Origin: Candidatus Hodarchaeota archaeon
GTDB taxonomy: Archaea; Asgardarchaeota; Lokiarchaeia; Sigyniarchaeales; SOKP01
Assembly: GCA_048886685.1 (NCBI GenBank)
Contig: JBHLKM010000015.1
Coordinates: 49,073-113,072, forward strand
Direction: 5' to 3'
Length of the DNA: 64,000 nt
Shown: piece by piece, positions 1-11,176 of the stretch
Layout of the letters: each line of letters begins with the position of its first letter
Position numbering within the stretch: position 1 is the stretch's first letter
The notes under the pieces: model-generated
Told to the model about the DNA's origin: nothing
The model's input: only the letters and a program-made list of their open reading frames with translations
Databases searched by the model: none
Program-made: the position numbers and the translations under genes

Positions 1-588
1 GTTAAAGTTTATACAATTTCTGAAAGTCTGAGAAGGCATCTTTACATTTTTAAAACAATTACGGGAGTATTTTCTTTCCGTAAAATAGATTTAGGTACGA
101 AAATTTTGATTGAACATATGGTTATTCCTAAGGAGCCTAGTGTTCTGCTTGATTTAGGGTGTGGATATGGACCCATTGGCATTGTTTTAGGTTTTGAATC
201 ACCACATAGTCTAGTGTATTTAATAGATATTAATAAACATGCTATTTGGTGTGCTAAAGAAAACATTAAAATTAATATAAATAGAGATAAAAAAAGGGTA
301 TTTACATTATCTGGAAATTATTTTGAACCTATCAAGAATAAGAAACTAACCTTTAATGAAATTTACATGAATCCTCCTCTACGACAAGGTAGAAAAGAGT
401 TTTTGGATTTGTTTGAAATTATTCCGAAATATTTAAAATCGGAGGGTTCTTTTCAATTTGTAATCAAAAAGAAAATGGGAGCACCTCATATTCTTAATTT
501 TATTAGCAAAAGTTATCCAGATAATGATATTGAGATAATTTGTAAAAGAAGTGGTTATTGGGTTTTTAGATTTTTTCAAGTTAATTAA
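1..588 (+). CDS. Class I SAM-dependent methyltransferase (RsmC/MTS-like), 5'-partial
   Basis: Motif I LLDLGCGYGPIG and motif IV MNPP; frame is open from position 1 (…GVFSFRKIDLGTKIL), so the gene starts before the window. Confidence 0.85.
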   Translation, partial: VKVYTISESLRRHLYIFKTITGVFSFRKIDLGTKILIEHMVIPKEPSVLLDLGCGYGPIGIVLGFESPHSLVYLIDINKHAIWCAKENIKININRDKKRVFTLSGNYFEPIKNKKLTFNEIYMNPPLRQGRKEFLDLFEIIPKYLKSEGSFQFVIKKKMGAPHILNFISKSYPDNDIEIICKRSGYWVFRFFQVN

Positions 589-696
589 AATAAATTCAAC
601 CTTCATAAGTCATTTAAAAAAAGAAGAAAATTGGTAAAATTTTTTAGAAATGTATAATTTCTATAATTATAAATCGTCATATAAGAGGATTTTTCC

Positions 697-954
697 TTGA
701 CTAAGAAAAAAAGAATAGACGTCTTATTACATAAGTTTGTTCCTAAACATCTTCTTTTAACTAAAGAAGAATCTCAAGAACTCTTAGAAAAATATAAAAT
801 AGAATTAACGGATTTACCTCAAATATTTGAAAAAGATCCAGTTGCGATTGCTATTGGAGCAAAGGAGGGAGATATTGTAAAAATAATCCGAGATTCGCAC
901 ACAACGGTAAGAAGCATAGACTACTTTCGCTATGTTAAAAAAGAAAAAGGATAA
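697..954 (+). CDS. rpoH: DNA-directed RNA polymerase subunit H (Rpo5)
   Basis: HKFVPKH…LPQI…DPVA…GAKEGDIVKIIR; directly upstream of rpoB. Confidence 0.97.
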   Translation: MTKKKRIDVLLHKFVPKHLLLTKEESQELLEKYKIELTDLPQIFEKDPVAIAIGAKEGDIVKIIRDSHTTVRSIDYFRYVKKEKG

Positions 955-998
955 TATGATTTTTTTATTGGTTTTTATTTAAAATTTGTAAGGGATGA

Positions 999-3900
999 TT
1001 GATATTGAGTACTGAAAAATTATCAAATGAAGATAAATGGATTGTTTTAAAAAGTCTATTTGATGAGAAAGGTTTGGTTCGTCAGCATTTAGATTCATAC
1101 AATGGGTTCATTGAATATGAAATGCAATCCATAGTTGATGAATCTGGAGAAGTAATACCCGATATTCCAGGTTTCAAAATAAAATTTGGAAAAATTAAAG
1201 TTGGAATGCCAAAAGTTAGAGAAGCCGATGGGGCAACTATGGAAATTACTCCTATTGAAGCGAGAATAAGAGAATTAAGTTATGCAGCAGATATTGCTTT
1301 AGAAATGACCCCAATAACTATTGATGAACGAACTCAGAGGGAAGAAGCCGAAGAAACGTTAGATATCTATATTGGTAAGATACCTATTATGCTTAAAAGC
1401 TGCCGATGCCCATTAGAAAGTCTATCTGAGCAAGAATTGATTAATAGAGGTGAGGATCCGTTAGATCCAGGGGGATACTTTATAATAAATGGGACTGAAC
1501 GAGTTCTTGTTACGCAGGAAGATCTTGCGCCTAATAGAATTCTCGCAGAAGAAGCCAGTAGAAGTTCTAGTGCCACTCATCAAGCAAAAGTATTTTCAAC
1601 TAGGAGTGGGTTCCGCGCACCTGTAACGATTGAAAGGAAAAAAGATGGTAATTTAAGAGTTTCATTCCCTTCAGTTCCTGGTAAAATCCCTTTAGCAATT
1701 TTAATGAGATCTTTAGGTTTACATTCTGATAGAGAAATTTTCGAGGCTATATCTGAAAATGATGAAATTCAAAAAGAATTAATCCCTGTAATAGATGTAG
1801 CATCTGAAATCCAAGTGTTAAAGGATCCAGAGAAATCTCAACAAAATGCTCTTGATTATATTGGAAAAAGAGTAGCTATCGGACAAACTAAAGATTATCG
1901 TATTAGAAGAGCTCTTCAAGTGTTGGATAGGTATCTATTGCCTCACATTGGAAATGCTGAGGAGGACAGAATTAAAAAAGCGTATTATTTAGGCCAAATG
2001 GCACAAAAAGTAATGGAACTTGCCTTAGGATTAAGAGAACCAGATGATAAAGACCATTATGCTAATAAAAGGTTAAAACTAGCTGGAGAATTATTTACTG
2101 GTCTATTTAGAGTTGCCTTCTTAAATCTTGTAAAAGATATTAAGTATCAGCTGGAAAGAACCGCCGTTAGAGGAAGAGCACCAAATATAAAAACCGCAGT
2201 CAGAGCAGATGTAATTACAGAAAGAATTAGACATGCATTAGCTACGGGAAATTGGGTTGGAGGTAAAGCTGGTGTGAGTCAATTGTTAAATAGAAATAAT
2301 CATGTTGGTACATTGAGTCATTTAAGAAGAGTTATTTCTCCTTTAAGTAGAAGTCAACCTCATTTTGAAGCTAGAGATTTACATCCAACTCAGTGGGGAA
2401 AAATCTGTCCAGCAGAAACTCCTGAGGGGCCAAATTGTGGTTTGGTTAAAAATCTTGGATTAGCATCCATAATTTCCGTAGGAACTGATGAAAGAATTAT
2501 TGAAAATATATTATTCGATTTGGGAGTCATTCCTATAAATGAAGTGAAGACTGTAAAAGGAGATAAGGTAAAAGTTTTTCTTAATGGGAAATTAGTTGGC
2601 ATTCATCAACAATACAACCCTTTTATTAGGCAACTTAGAGAAAAAAGAAGGAAAGGAGAAATAGGACAGCATGTAAACATAGGATATTACCATGACTCTA
2701 AAGAAATTCAAATTAATTGTGATGCTGGAAGAGCAACAAGACCACTTTTTGTATTAAAAAATAAGAAACCATTGATTATTAAGGAAGATATTGAGAAATT
2801 AAGACAACATAAATATATATGGTCAGATTTAGTTCAAAAAGGTGTGATTGAGTATTTAGATGCGGAAGAAGAAGAAAATGCGTACATAGCTATGTTTGAA
2901 GAAGATATAACTGAGGAACATACTCATTTAGAAATTTCTCCAGCTGCAATTCTCGGAATTTGTGCTTCAATAATTCCATTTCCAGAACATAATCAATCAC
3001 CAAGAAATACCTACGAAGCAGGAATGGTAAAACAAGCATTAGGTTTATTTGCTGCGAATATGCATCTTAGACTTGACACAAGGGGGCACACATTACATTA
3101 CCCCCAACAACCTCTTGTAAAAACCAGTCCAATGGAGATAATTGGAATTAATAAACGACCTGCGGGGCAAAATTTTATTATTGCGATGATGAGCTTTGAG
3201 GGATTCAATATACAGGATGCTATTATAGTTAATAAAGCATCAATTGAGAGAGGTTTAGCTCGGAGTCATTTCTTTAGAACATATGATGCTGAAGAAAGAA
3301 AGTATCCAGGAGGAGAAGTTGACAAGTTCGAGATCCCAGAGAGGGGAGTGAGGGGATTCAAATCTGCCGAATCTTATCGACTTTTATCTGAAGAGGATGG
3401 CATAATAGAACCAGAAACTCAAGTTAATGGAGGAGATGTGCTTATTGGGAGAACTTCTCCACCGAGATTTATAAAATCCTATGAAGAATTTGAATTAATG
3501 CAACCTAATAGGCGTGAAACTTCAAAAAATATGAGGCATAATGAACAAGGGATAGTTGATACTGTAATTATTTCCGAAACCGTGGATGGAAATAAATTAG
3601 TAAAAATAAAAGTAAGAGATCTAAGGATACCTGAATTAGGAGATAAATTTTCTTCTCGTCATGGGCAAAAGGGCGTTCTTGGAGCGGTATTTGATCAATC
3701 TGATATGCCATTCACATCATCGGGTGTAATTCCTGATATTATTGTTAATCCACATGCTATGCCTTCACGAATGACTTTAGGACAATTATTTGAGGGAATA
3801 AGTGGTAAAATTGCGTGTGCTAATGGAAAGTTAGGTGATGCTACTGCCTTTGAATGGACAGATATAACTAAACTTCAGGAACTTTTAGTGGATTCTGGGT

Positions 3901-4376
3901 TTGAATTTAATGGTAGAGAAGTTATGTACAACGGGATAACAGGAGAAAAATATGAAGCTGGTATTTATTGCGCTCCAATCTATTATCAAAAGTTATATCA
4001 CTTAGTTGCTGATAAACTTCATGCTAGAGCACGAGGTCCTGTTCAAATATTAACAAGACAACCAACTGAAGGTAGAGCTAGAGAAGGAGGGTTAAGATTT
4101 GGTGAAATGGAGCGTGATTGTCTTGTGGGCCATGGATCTGCGCTATTGTTGAAGGAAAGACTTCTAGATGAGTCAGATAGAACAGTTATATTAGTTTGTG
4201 AAAAATGTGGACTCCTGGCTGTGTATGATCGAAATCGAGATAAGCGATATTGCCCAGTATGTGGAGAAAGCACAATAATATCAAAAGTTGTTTGTTCTTA
4301 CGCTTTCAAGTTGTTATTACAAGAGATGATGAGTTTAGGACTTGCTCCTCGACTCAAGCTCAAAGAAAAAATATAA
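999..4376 (+). CDS. rpoB: DNA-directed RNA polymerase subunit B (Rpo2), unsplit
   Basis: GGYFIINGTERV, ETPEG, GDKFSSRHGQKG, GGLRFGEMERD and C-terminal Zn motif. Confidence 0.99.
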   Translation: MILSTEKLSNEDKWIVLKSLFDEKGLVRQHLDSYNGFIEYEMQSIVDESGEVIPDIPGFKIKFGKIKVGMPKVREADGATMEITPIEARIRELSYAADIALEMTPITIDERTQREEAEETLDIYIGKIPIMLKSCRCPLESLSEQELINRGEDPLDPGGYFIINGTERVLVTQEDLAPNRILAEEASRSSSATHQAKVFSTRSGFRAPVTIERKKDGNLRVSFPSVPGKIPLAILMRSLGLHSDREIFEAISENDEIQKELIPVIDVASEIQVLKDPEKSQQNALDYIGKRVAIGQTKDYRIRRALQVLDRYLLPHIGNAEEDRIKKAYYLGQMAQKVMELALGLREPDDKDHYANKRLKLAGELFTGLFRVAFLNLVKDIKYQLERTAVRGRAPNIKTAVRADVITERIRHALATGNWVGGKAGVSQLLNRNNHVGTLSHLRRVISPLSRSQPHFEARDLHPTQWGKICPAETPEGPNCGLVKNLGLASIISVGTDERIIENILFDLGVIPINEVKTVKGDKVKVFLNGKLVGIHQQYNPFIRQLREKRRKGEIGQHVNIGYYHDSKEIQINCDAGRATRPLFVLKNKKPLIIKEDIEKLRQHKYIWSDLVQKGVIEYLDAEEEENAYIAMFEEDITEEHTHLEISPAAILGICASIIPFPEHNQSPRNTYEAGMVKQALGLFAANMHLRLDTRGHTLHYPQQPLVKTSPMEIIGINKRPAGQNFIIAMMSFEGFNIQDAIIVNKASIERGLARSHFFRTYDAEERKYPGGEVDKFEIPERGVRGFKSAESYRLLSEEDGIIEPETQVNGGDVLIGRTSPPRFIKSYEEFELMQPNRRETSKNMRHNEQGIVDTVIISETVDGNKLVKIKVRDLRIPELGDKFSSRHGQKGVLGAVFDQSDMPFTSSGVIPDIIVNPHAMPSRMTLGQLFEGISGKIACANGKLGDATAFEWTDITKLQELLVDSGFEFNGREVMYNGITGEKYEAGIYCAPIYYQKLYHLVADKLHARARGPVQILTRQPTEGRAREGGLRFGEMERDCLVGHGSALLLKERLLDESDRTVILVCEKCGLLAVYDRNRDKRYCPVCGESTIISKVVCSYAFKLLLQEMMSLGLAPRLKLKEKI

Positions 4377-4517
4377 TTCTTAAACGTTTTTTGAATTAAA
4401 TCCATTATTTCTCTCTTTATTCAACATTGTTAGTATGAGCTTGTTAGTTGTAGACTTCTAAAATTATCAATTTTTAAGAAATAAAAAAAAAAAGGATAAT
4501 TTTATTTTTTTAACTAT

Positions 4518-4961
4518 TTAAAACCCAATTCCTAAGAAAGTATACAATTCAGGAATTAAACAGTATAGAACGTAGAGTATGAGTAGGGTTAACAATGAAA
4601 TCCACACTGCATTATCCCATGGTATATCGATTAAGAACTTTACAAGGACTAATAGAATCAGAAATCCAATAATGGGTGTTAAATTGGTTAAGAAGTTTGC
4701 CCCCCCATCATCAAGAGCGTTCCTAATATCAGCTAAAGCATCCCCAATAGCACTTAGTACCTCGTTTATTGCGTTTAAAACTATTGGAAGAAGCAATACT
4801 ATTATAAAAGCTAATAAAAGTATCCAGAATTTCTTATCTGAAGCCTTAGTTTTAGACTCTAAAAGAACAACTACTATATATATTATTAATGCTATAATTA
4901 TCGTCGCAATTATTAACCATAATACAAAAAAAACAGGTTCCGCATCATTTTGAAACAACAT
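4518..4961 (-). CDS. Hypothetical multi-pass membrane protein
   Basis: 147 aa with about four hydrophobic segments. Confidence 0.7.
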   Translation of the reverse strand: MLFQNDAEPVFFVLWLIIATIIIALIIYIVVVLLESKTKASDKKFWILLLAFIIVLLLPIVLNAINEVLSAIGDALADIRNALDDGGANFLTNLTPIIGFLILLVLVKFLIDIPWDNAVWISLLTLLILYVLYCLIPELYTFLGIGF

Positions 4962-5091
4962 TTTAATGACCTGAGAAGTTTTTTTAAGATTTAATTATAA
5001 AAAATATTACATTTCTTCTTTTTTAAAGGTTGAGTTCTAAGATTATAAATGATAAAAGAAAGAGACTTCTATTAAATTATTTACATCTATC

Positions 5092-5292
5092 TCATATTCC
5101 CCAGTTTAACAAAAAGAAGTGAATAGAAAAGCCTAGAAATATCGATGCTATAATTATACTAATTACTGATAATTGGACTGATTTTTCTCTACCATATCTA
5201 GTGTAGATTACCAAAACTGTGAGAGCAACTAATCCGATTATAAGAAAAAGCCATGCTAAGACCCATAAAGTTAATGAAGGAACATCAGCCAT
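5092..5292 (-). CDS. Small two-TM membrane protein
   Basis: 66 aa, two hydrophobic helices, ATG start, fills an intergenic gap. Confidence 0.6.
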   Translation of the reverse strand: MADVPSLTLWVLAWLFLIIGLVALTVLVIYTRYGREKSVQLSVISIIIASIFLGFSIHFFLLNWGI

Positions 5293-5446
5293 TCGTATGA
5301 AACCTATTTTTTTATAACTGGTAGTTTTAAGTTATGAATGATTTTTTTTTAATTTTATTGATGAATAAAATTTAAAATAATTATTTTTTGATAGTTAATA
5401 AACAAAACTTATATTAATATTCACGAAAGTTTTTTCTAAGATAAAG

Positions 5447-6223
5447 ATGCATTTTCTAAAAAAGATTGTCGGATCTCCAATTTTAGAAGACCCTGCAAAG
5501 AAACATATTGATGTTCATCGTCACTTCTACAGATATTCTAAAGGAGAATTTATAGGCCCAGCATTAAAGATCTCAAAAACTAATACTCGTATAACGCTTA
5601 AAGGTACTCATGAATATGAAGATTTAATTCTCGAGGTAGTAGCTAATACTCTTTCTGAGGAGGAAGTTGAAATAAAGGGCAATTTAATATCTGGTAATGA
5701 TATAAGTGAAATAATTACAAATCTTGGATTTGACTGGACTTTAAAAAAATCAACAGGTCAAACCAAGAATTATAAAGCTGATATTCTAAGCACAACTACC
5801 AAAGAAACCCTTTTAAAAAGTATTGCAATTTTTAGAAAAACTAGTTATTACTTGATTTCGTTCAATATTAGCCCTATTTGTAAAGTCACAACTAAAAAAA
5901 GCATCCCACAACCTTCTAAAAAGAAAGTAGAGGAAGATGATGTAAATAAAAGGATACAATTTTGTACAGGTGTTATAAATAATAATGAACAAAATGTGAG
6001 ATTTCTATTGGATTCGGTATTACCTGATTTTAAATCAGAACTTCCCGATAAATGGAAAAACATTATTATAAAGAATAACTATAGAATAACAGAGATTATC
6101 CTGCCTGAGGATGTTGATAATTGGGGATTAAAGAGAATACTAGCGATAAGGAAAGGTAAATTGTTTCGATCCATAGATGTAGATAATGAAATTATAGAAA
6201 AACAATATAATTTTGTCGTTTAA
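5447..6223 (+). CDS. Hypothetical protein (HRHFYRYSKGEF motif), upstream of tfe
   Basis: 258 aa ORF; function not recognisable. Confidence 0.7.
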   Translation: MHFLKKIVGSPILEDPAKKHIDVHRHFYRYSKGEFIGPALKISKTNTRITLKGTHEYEDLILEVVANTLSEEEVEIKGNLISGNDISEIITNLGFDWTLKKSTGQTKNYKADILSTTTKETLLKSIAIFRKTSYYLISFNISPICKVTTKKSIPQPSKKKVEEDDVNKRIQFCTGVINNNEQNVRFLLDSVLPDFKSELPDKWKNIIIKNNYRITEIILPEDVDNWGLKRILAIRKGKLFRSIDVDNEIIEKQYNFVV

Positions 6224-6358
6224 GTCTTAAATTGTAAGTCTTTACTTTATTATTTTCAAAAAAATTTAATTTTTATGAAAAATAAATAATTATAAACTCA
6301 GTACTAAATGCGAACAAGGTAGATCTGTATTAAAGAATTAAATCCTTTTTTAAAATCT

Positions 6359-6904
6359 TTGTTATATATTATTGCTGGAGAAATAGGTGTTTATGTTGGA
6401 ATGGAACTTCTAAATTCTGAATCTATGGATATAACTGATGAGGACATTACAGAAAATATAAAAAACGAGATAAAAGGTAAAGATATTGATTTTGAACCTG
6501 ACGATACCGAAATTTTAAAGTTGAACACAGTGCGGAAAACACTTTATAAATTATATTCAGAAAAGCTTGCACAATTCAGGCGCATACGAGATAAATCTAC
6601 TGGATGGTTTATCTACTATTGGTGGCATGAATTTGATCTCCTTGAGGAGATCCTAATTGAGAAAAAAAAATTAGTAGAGACTAAATTACGAGAGCGATTA
6701 GACTTTGAGGAAAAAAATTATTTTTTCTTCTGTAAAACATGTCAAAATATCAATATTAAATATAACTTTGATGAAGCTTTTGAGCTTAACTTCAGATGTC
6801 CTGATTGTGGAAGTCCTTTAGAAGCCCAAGATAACCAGAAAATCATTGAATTTTTGAAAAACAAGATTGTTTTAAACCAGAACTTTAAAATATCAATTGA
6901 TTGA
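6359..6904 (+). CDS. tfe: Transcription factor E alpha
   Basis: wHTH LNTVRKTLYKL, RIRDKSTGWFIYYW, Zn ribbon FRCPDCGSPL; true start may be about 10 codons upstream. Confidence 0.93.
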   Translation: MLYIIAGEIGVYVGMELLNSESMDITDEDITENIKNEIKGKDIDFEPDDTEILKLNTVRKTLYKLYSEKLAQFRRIRDKSTGWFIYYWWHEFDLLEEILIEKKKLVETKLRERLDFEEKNYFFFCKTCQNINIKYNFDEAFELNFRCPDCGSPLEAQDNQKIIEFLKNKIVLNQNFKISID

Positions 6905-6978
6905 ATTACCTATTTGTAAGATTAATAATATTTTCCTTTATCTATTACCTTCAATTAAATATAAATTAGTATCTATTT

Positions 6979-9003
6979 ATGGACGAAATAGTAAGATTTG
7001 GAACATGTACAAAAGATTGCTATGGTTCTTGTGTATTTAATGGGTTTTGGAATGATAATGCTATAGAACATAAGTTGCAATATGTAACTCCTTTAAAAAG
7101 TCATCCATTTACTAACGGTTTTTTCTGTCCTAAATATAATAATCGACAGGAATTATTATATCACCCCAAGCGTTTAAAGAGTCCATTAGTTAGGGGAGAT
7201 CCAAAACCTGAAAACAGTTTCAAAAGTATTTCTTCTCAACAAGCATTTGAAATTATAGCCAAAAAAGTAATGGAAATTAAGGAAAAAAAGCAGGAAAAGT
7301 CTATAGTTGGGGCTTTTTATTCGGGAAATTCTGGATTGATATCTATGTATTCCCCTCTTAGGTTTTTTGCTAAGCTGGGGGCTACAGTTACCAGTGCTGG
7401 TCTATGTAATGAAGGTGGATGTCAAGCTCTGAAAAAAGTATTTGGAACTTATTCATTATCAAATCCCTTTCAAATTATTAATCCAGCAACTCATCTAATT
7501 GTTATTTGGGGCAGTAATCTATCAGAAAGTAATATCCATGCTTATTTTTTTGTTAAACAAGCACTTAAAAATAAAACTAAGCTAATTGTGGTTGATTCTC
7601 GCAATACCCGAATTGCCAGAAAATCAAACTGTTTTCTTCATATAAATCCTGGCACCGAACATTTAATTGTTAAGTTAGTAGTTAAAGCATTAGTTAAACA
7701 GAATGTTTGTGATGTTGAATTTTTAAGAGACAATGTTGATTCCTATAGGTCCGTTTTTTCCGGAAGCAATAATATTGATGATGATAAGCTATTGTTCCAA
7801 ATAGGAATCAATTTTGAAACATTTCAGAAATTAGTTGATTTACTAGTAGAACATAAACATCATACATTATTTATTATTGGTTATGGTGTTCAGAAGGTTT
7901 TTTATGGGGGAAGAATCGTCCAATCCATTGCTTTAATTCAAATCTTACTTGGGAATATCGGCAAACGAGGAACAGGTTTGTTATATTCTCAAAGTGATTT
8001 TATAAAGCCTATAACCCAACCAATTTTGAATTATATTACCCATTCTGCAAATAATACTAGTTTAAAGGAAATTCCCTTAATTAATCTGGGTAAAGCTTTA
8101 TCTACCGGAGAGCATAAAATTGTATTTATATATAATCTTAACCCAGTGAGTTCCTTACCAAATCAAAAATTATTAAGAGAAGCACTTTTAAATGAAGATT
8201 TATTTGTAATTGTTTTAGATTTATTCTTGAATGAAACCACAAATTATGCGGATATCGTGATGCCTGCGAAGTTTGATTTGGAGTCATACGATATAATTAC
8301 TCCATTTTATTTTCCCAGCTTATCTATAAATTTAGGGGGTCCTTGTCCATATATGGATTGTATGTCAAATTATGAGTTTTTTCAGAAATTAGCATGGAGA
8401 GTTGGCTATTGTAAATCATCAATTTTTAAAGAGTCTGAAAAAGATATATTTAATAAATGTTTAAATATGCTTCCAAAAAAGATTTATAAAGATGTTATTA
8501 CAAACGGGTATCATCTATTATTTAATAAGTCACATATTCCATTTAAAAATCTTAAATTTCCTACTTTTAATAATAAAATCCAGGCTCAATATATCAATCT
8601 GAGATTTGGTGAAAATGAGTTGAATCAGAAATTTAACCGTAAAAAAAATGAGTTTATACTAATATCACCGTCTCACTCACATTTCTTGCATTCTCAATTG
8701 GGTCAATTAAATTCTAAGTATTATGAAGATTTTAGTAAAATATTTTTAAATCCGGTAGATATAAAGTCTTTGGATTTAAACATAGATGAGGAGGTTTTAG
8801 TATCAAATAAATATGGTTCTGCTAATTACATACTGGCTGAACTCACATCTTTAAAGTCAGGCACAGCACTAATCTATTCTGGGGGATCATCACCTTATAA
8901 TGAAAGTACGAATGTTAACCTTTTTACCCCTGATATTCCTGAAGAATCGGGGCTTTCAGGAGCTTATAACTCTTCGATTATACAAATTAAGAAAGTAAAG
9001 TAG
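6979..9003 (+). CDS. Molybdopterin-dependent oxidoreductase (DMSO reductase superfamily)
   Basis: N-terminal CTKDCYGSC…FCPK Fe-S motif, RLKSPLVR, IWGSN, ADIVMPA. Confidence 0.88.
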   Translation: MDEIVRFGTCTKDCYGSCVFNGFWNDNAIEHKLQYVTPLKSHPFTNGFFCPKYNNRQELLYHPKRLKSPLVRGDPKPENSFKSISSQQAFEIIAKKVMEIKEKKQEKSIVGAFYSGNSGLISMYSPLRFFAKLGATVTSAGLCNEGGCQALKKVFGTYSLSNPFQIINPATHLIVIWGSNLSESNIHAYFFVKQALKNKTKLIVVDSRNTRIARKSNCFLHINPGTEHLIVKLVVKALVKQNVCDVEFLRDNVDSYRSVFSGSNNIDDDKLLFQIGINFETFQKLVDLLVEHKHHTLFIIGYGVQKVFYGGRIVQSIALIQILLGNIGKRGTGLLYSQSDFIKPITQPILNYITHSANNTSLKEIPLINLGKALSTGEHKIVFIYNLNPVSSLPNQKLLREALLNEDLFVIVLDLFLNETTNYADIVMPAKFDLESYDIITPFYFPSLSINLGGPCPYMDCMSNYEFFQKLAWRVGYCKSSIFKESEKDIFNKCLNMLPKKIYKDVITNGYHLLFNKSHIPFKNLKFPTFNNKIQAQYINLRFGENELNQKFNRKKNEFILISPSHSHFLHSQLGQLNSKYYEDFSKIFLNPVDIKSLDLNIDEEVLVSNKYGSANYILAELTSLKSGTALIYSGGSSPYNESTNVNLFTPDIPEESGLSGAYNSSIIQIKKVK

Positions 9004-9098
9004 TAAAGAGTTTAAGAAGCACCAGTATTTTTTAAAAATCCCTTATTAGAGAATTTTATGTATGATTTTCGATGTATTTTTCAATAGAGAGAATTAAC

Positions 9099-9647
9099 TT
9101 AGGAATCTGAATCTTTACTTTTTTTTTTAATAAACGCAATATCTCCTAAAGAACTGCCAGTTGATTTTTTCATGAATTTGGTTTCTTGAACTCTAAACTC
9201 TGTTTCATCAATTTTCTTTAATAGTTTAATTTTGTATACTTCTTGGATTTTTTTGGCTAATTTGATAGTTGGTTCTACTTTTCCTGCTTCAATTCTTCTA
9301 ATTAATGATGGTTTTTCATTTAATTTCTGAGCAAATTGATCTTGATTAATTCTAAGATTGCTCCTAACATTTCTAATTCTTTTAGCATAATCAACAACGA
9401 CTTCTAAATCTTCAATCCCCTTAGCCTTAAATGTTTGCCTTTTTGGAGCCATATGATGTTTAGTTTGAGCCGGTTTCTTTATTTGAACGTTGGTAGCTGA
9501 TTTGTAGATTTTGGTGCCATGTTGAGCACAATTATCACATACTGTGATTTTTGCCCCCTCTAATAAAACTCTCTGTCCTTTTCCCCATATTATACCTCCA
9601 CATACTGGACATTCCTTATCTACTTCATTGTATCTAGGTTTTGGCAT
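9099..9647 (-). CDS. mbf1: Multiprotein bridging factor aMBF1
   Basis: N-terminal CPVCG…VCDNC Zn ribbon plus C-terminal HTH; adjacent to pan as in many archaea. Confidence 0.9.
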   Translation of the reverse strand: MPKPRYNEVDKECPVCGGIIWGKGQRVLLEGAKITVCDNCAQHGTKIYKSATNVQIKKPAQTKHHMAPKRQTFKAKGIEDLEVVVDYAKRIRNVRSNLRINQDQFAQKLNEKPSLIRRIEAGKVEPTIKLAKKIQEVYKIKLLKKIDETEFRVQETKFMKKSTGSSLGDIAFIKKKSKDSDS

Positions 9648-9891
9648 AAACTCATCTCAAGTTTTACTAATTGATAAAATTCTCATTCATATATAGAAGT
9701 TATTTGAGAATTCTTATAATTTGTGGTTATAATTCCATTATATTTTATAATCTATAAATTTTTTAAAAATTGAGATTTTAAAGTAATAGTAAAGAAATAA
9801 CCTTAAATTTAAATGAAGAAAAGTTTATTATTAAATTAAAGCACTTTCTTAAGAAAAATAGAAAATTGAGAAAAGAAGGAGTATAATTTTT

Positions 9892-11100
9892 TTGACGACA
9901 ACCAAGGATAAGAGAAAAAGAGAAGAAACTAAAGATGGCGAGTATTTGATAACTTATACTAGACATCTAGAGAAAAGGTTAAGAAATTTAGAGACAGAAA
10001 AGCAACTATTAGATGCAGAGCGATTAAGATTAGAACAAGAGTTACACAGTTTAAGAAATGAAATTGATAGGCTAAGAGAACCACCATTGGTTTCTGCAAC
10101 TATCATAGATTTCTTAGATGATAAAGGAAGGGCAATTGTAAAAAGCTCAACAGGACCAAGTTTTGTCGTCAATGCCAGTAGAAAAGTGAAAAATGAAAAA
10201 TTAACACCAGGAATGAGAGTTGCCTTAAATCAGAGAACATTCGCTATTATGGAAGTTTTACCTACTAAACTTGATCCATTTGTTAAAGGTATGGAAGTAA
10301 TTGATTCAATTCCAGACATTTCTTATGCCGATGTTGGTGGTTTAGGAGATCAACTACAAGAAGTTAGAGAAACAGTCGAATTACCCTTGAAGAAGCCAGA
10401 ATTATTTGAAAAAATAGGTATTGATCCACCGAAAGGCGTATTATTATTTGGGCCTCCAGGGACAGGAAAAACATTATTAGCAAAAGCAGTTGCTCATGAA
10501 ACAGAAGCTACATTTATTAGAATCATTGGATCTGAATTAGTTCAAAAATTTATTGGTGAAGGTGCTCGTTTAGTGAGAGAAATTTTTAATTTGGCAAAAG
10601 AAAAAGCTCCTACAATATTATTTATTGATGAGTTAGATGCAATCGGTTCTCAGAGATTAAAAATTGCTACATCTGGAGATAGAGAGGTTCAGAGAACTTT
10701 AATGCAATTATTAAGTGAATTAGACGGTTTTGAACAGCGCGGAGATGTAAAAATTATCGGTGCTACAAATCGAATTGATATCTTAGATCCTGCCTTATTG
10801 AGACCAGGAAGATTTGATCGAATGATAGAGTTTCCTATCCCAGATGATGTGGCTAGAAAAGCAATTTTTAAGATTCATACTCGAAGATTGAATATAGAAG
10901 AAAATGTAGATTTTAATAGGCTAGTTAATTTAACAGAAGGTGCAACTGGAGCGGATATCAAAGCTATTTCTACTGAAGCAGGTATGTTTGCTATTAGAAA
11001 AGATGCTGAGATAATTGTTAGTAAAGATTTTTATGATGCTGTTGATAAAGTAATGAATAAAGTAAGAGATAAATGTGTTGAATCTAGGCTATACTCATAA
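9892..11100 (+). CDS. pan: Proteasome-activating nucleotidase
   Basis: Coiled coil and OB domain, [33 protein letters not shown]-terminal HbYX-like LYS. Confidence 0.97.
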   Translation: MTTTKDKRKREETKDGEYLITYTRHLEKRLRNLETEKQLLDAERLRLEQELHSLRNEIDRLREPPLVSATIIDFLDDKGRAIVKSSTGPSFVVNASRKVKNEKLTPGMRVALNQRTFAIMEVLPTKLDPFVKGMEVIDSIPDISYADVGGLGDQLQEVRETVELPLKKPELFEKIGIDPPKGVLLFGPPGTGKTLLAKAVAHETEATFIRIIGSELVQKFIGEGARLVREIFNLAKEKAPTILFIDELDAIGSQRLKIATSGDREVQRTLMQLLSELDGFEQRGDVKIIGATNRIDILDPALLRPGRFDRMIEFPIPDDVARKAIFKIHTRRLNIEENVDFNRLVNLTEGATGADIKAISTEAGMFAIRKDAEIIVSKDFYDAVDKVMNKVRDKCVESRLYS

Positions 11101-11176
11101 TGAGTGTAGAATAGAATCTATTTATGTTTTACATTGCTTATTTTAATATATCTTATTTTATTATTTATTATTACAA

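Noticed and set aside
6308-6322. Pyrrolysine/amber recoding in tfe
   Set aside because: A single TAG near the start, no pyl genes in the window, and TAG serves as a normal stop elsewhere (e.g. 9003, 27338).
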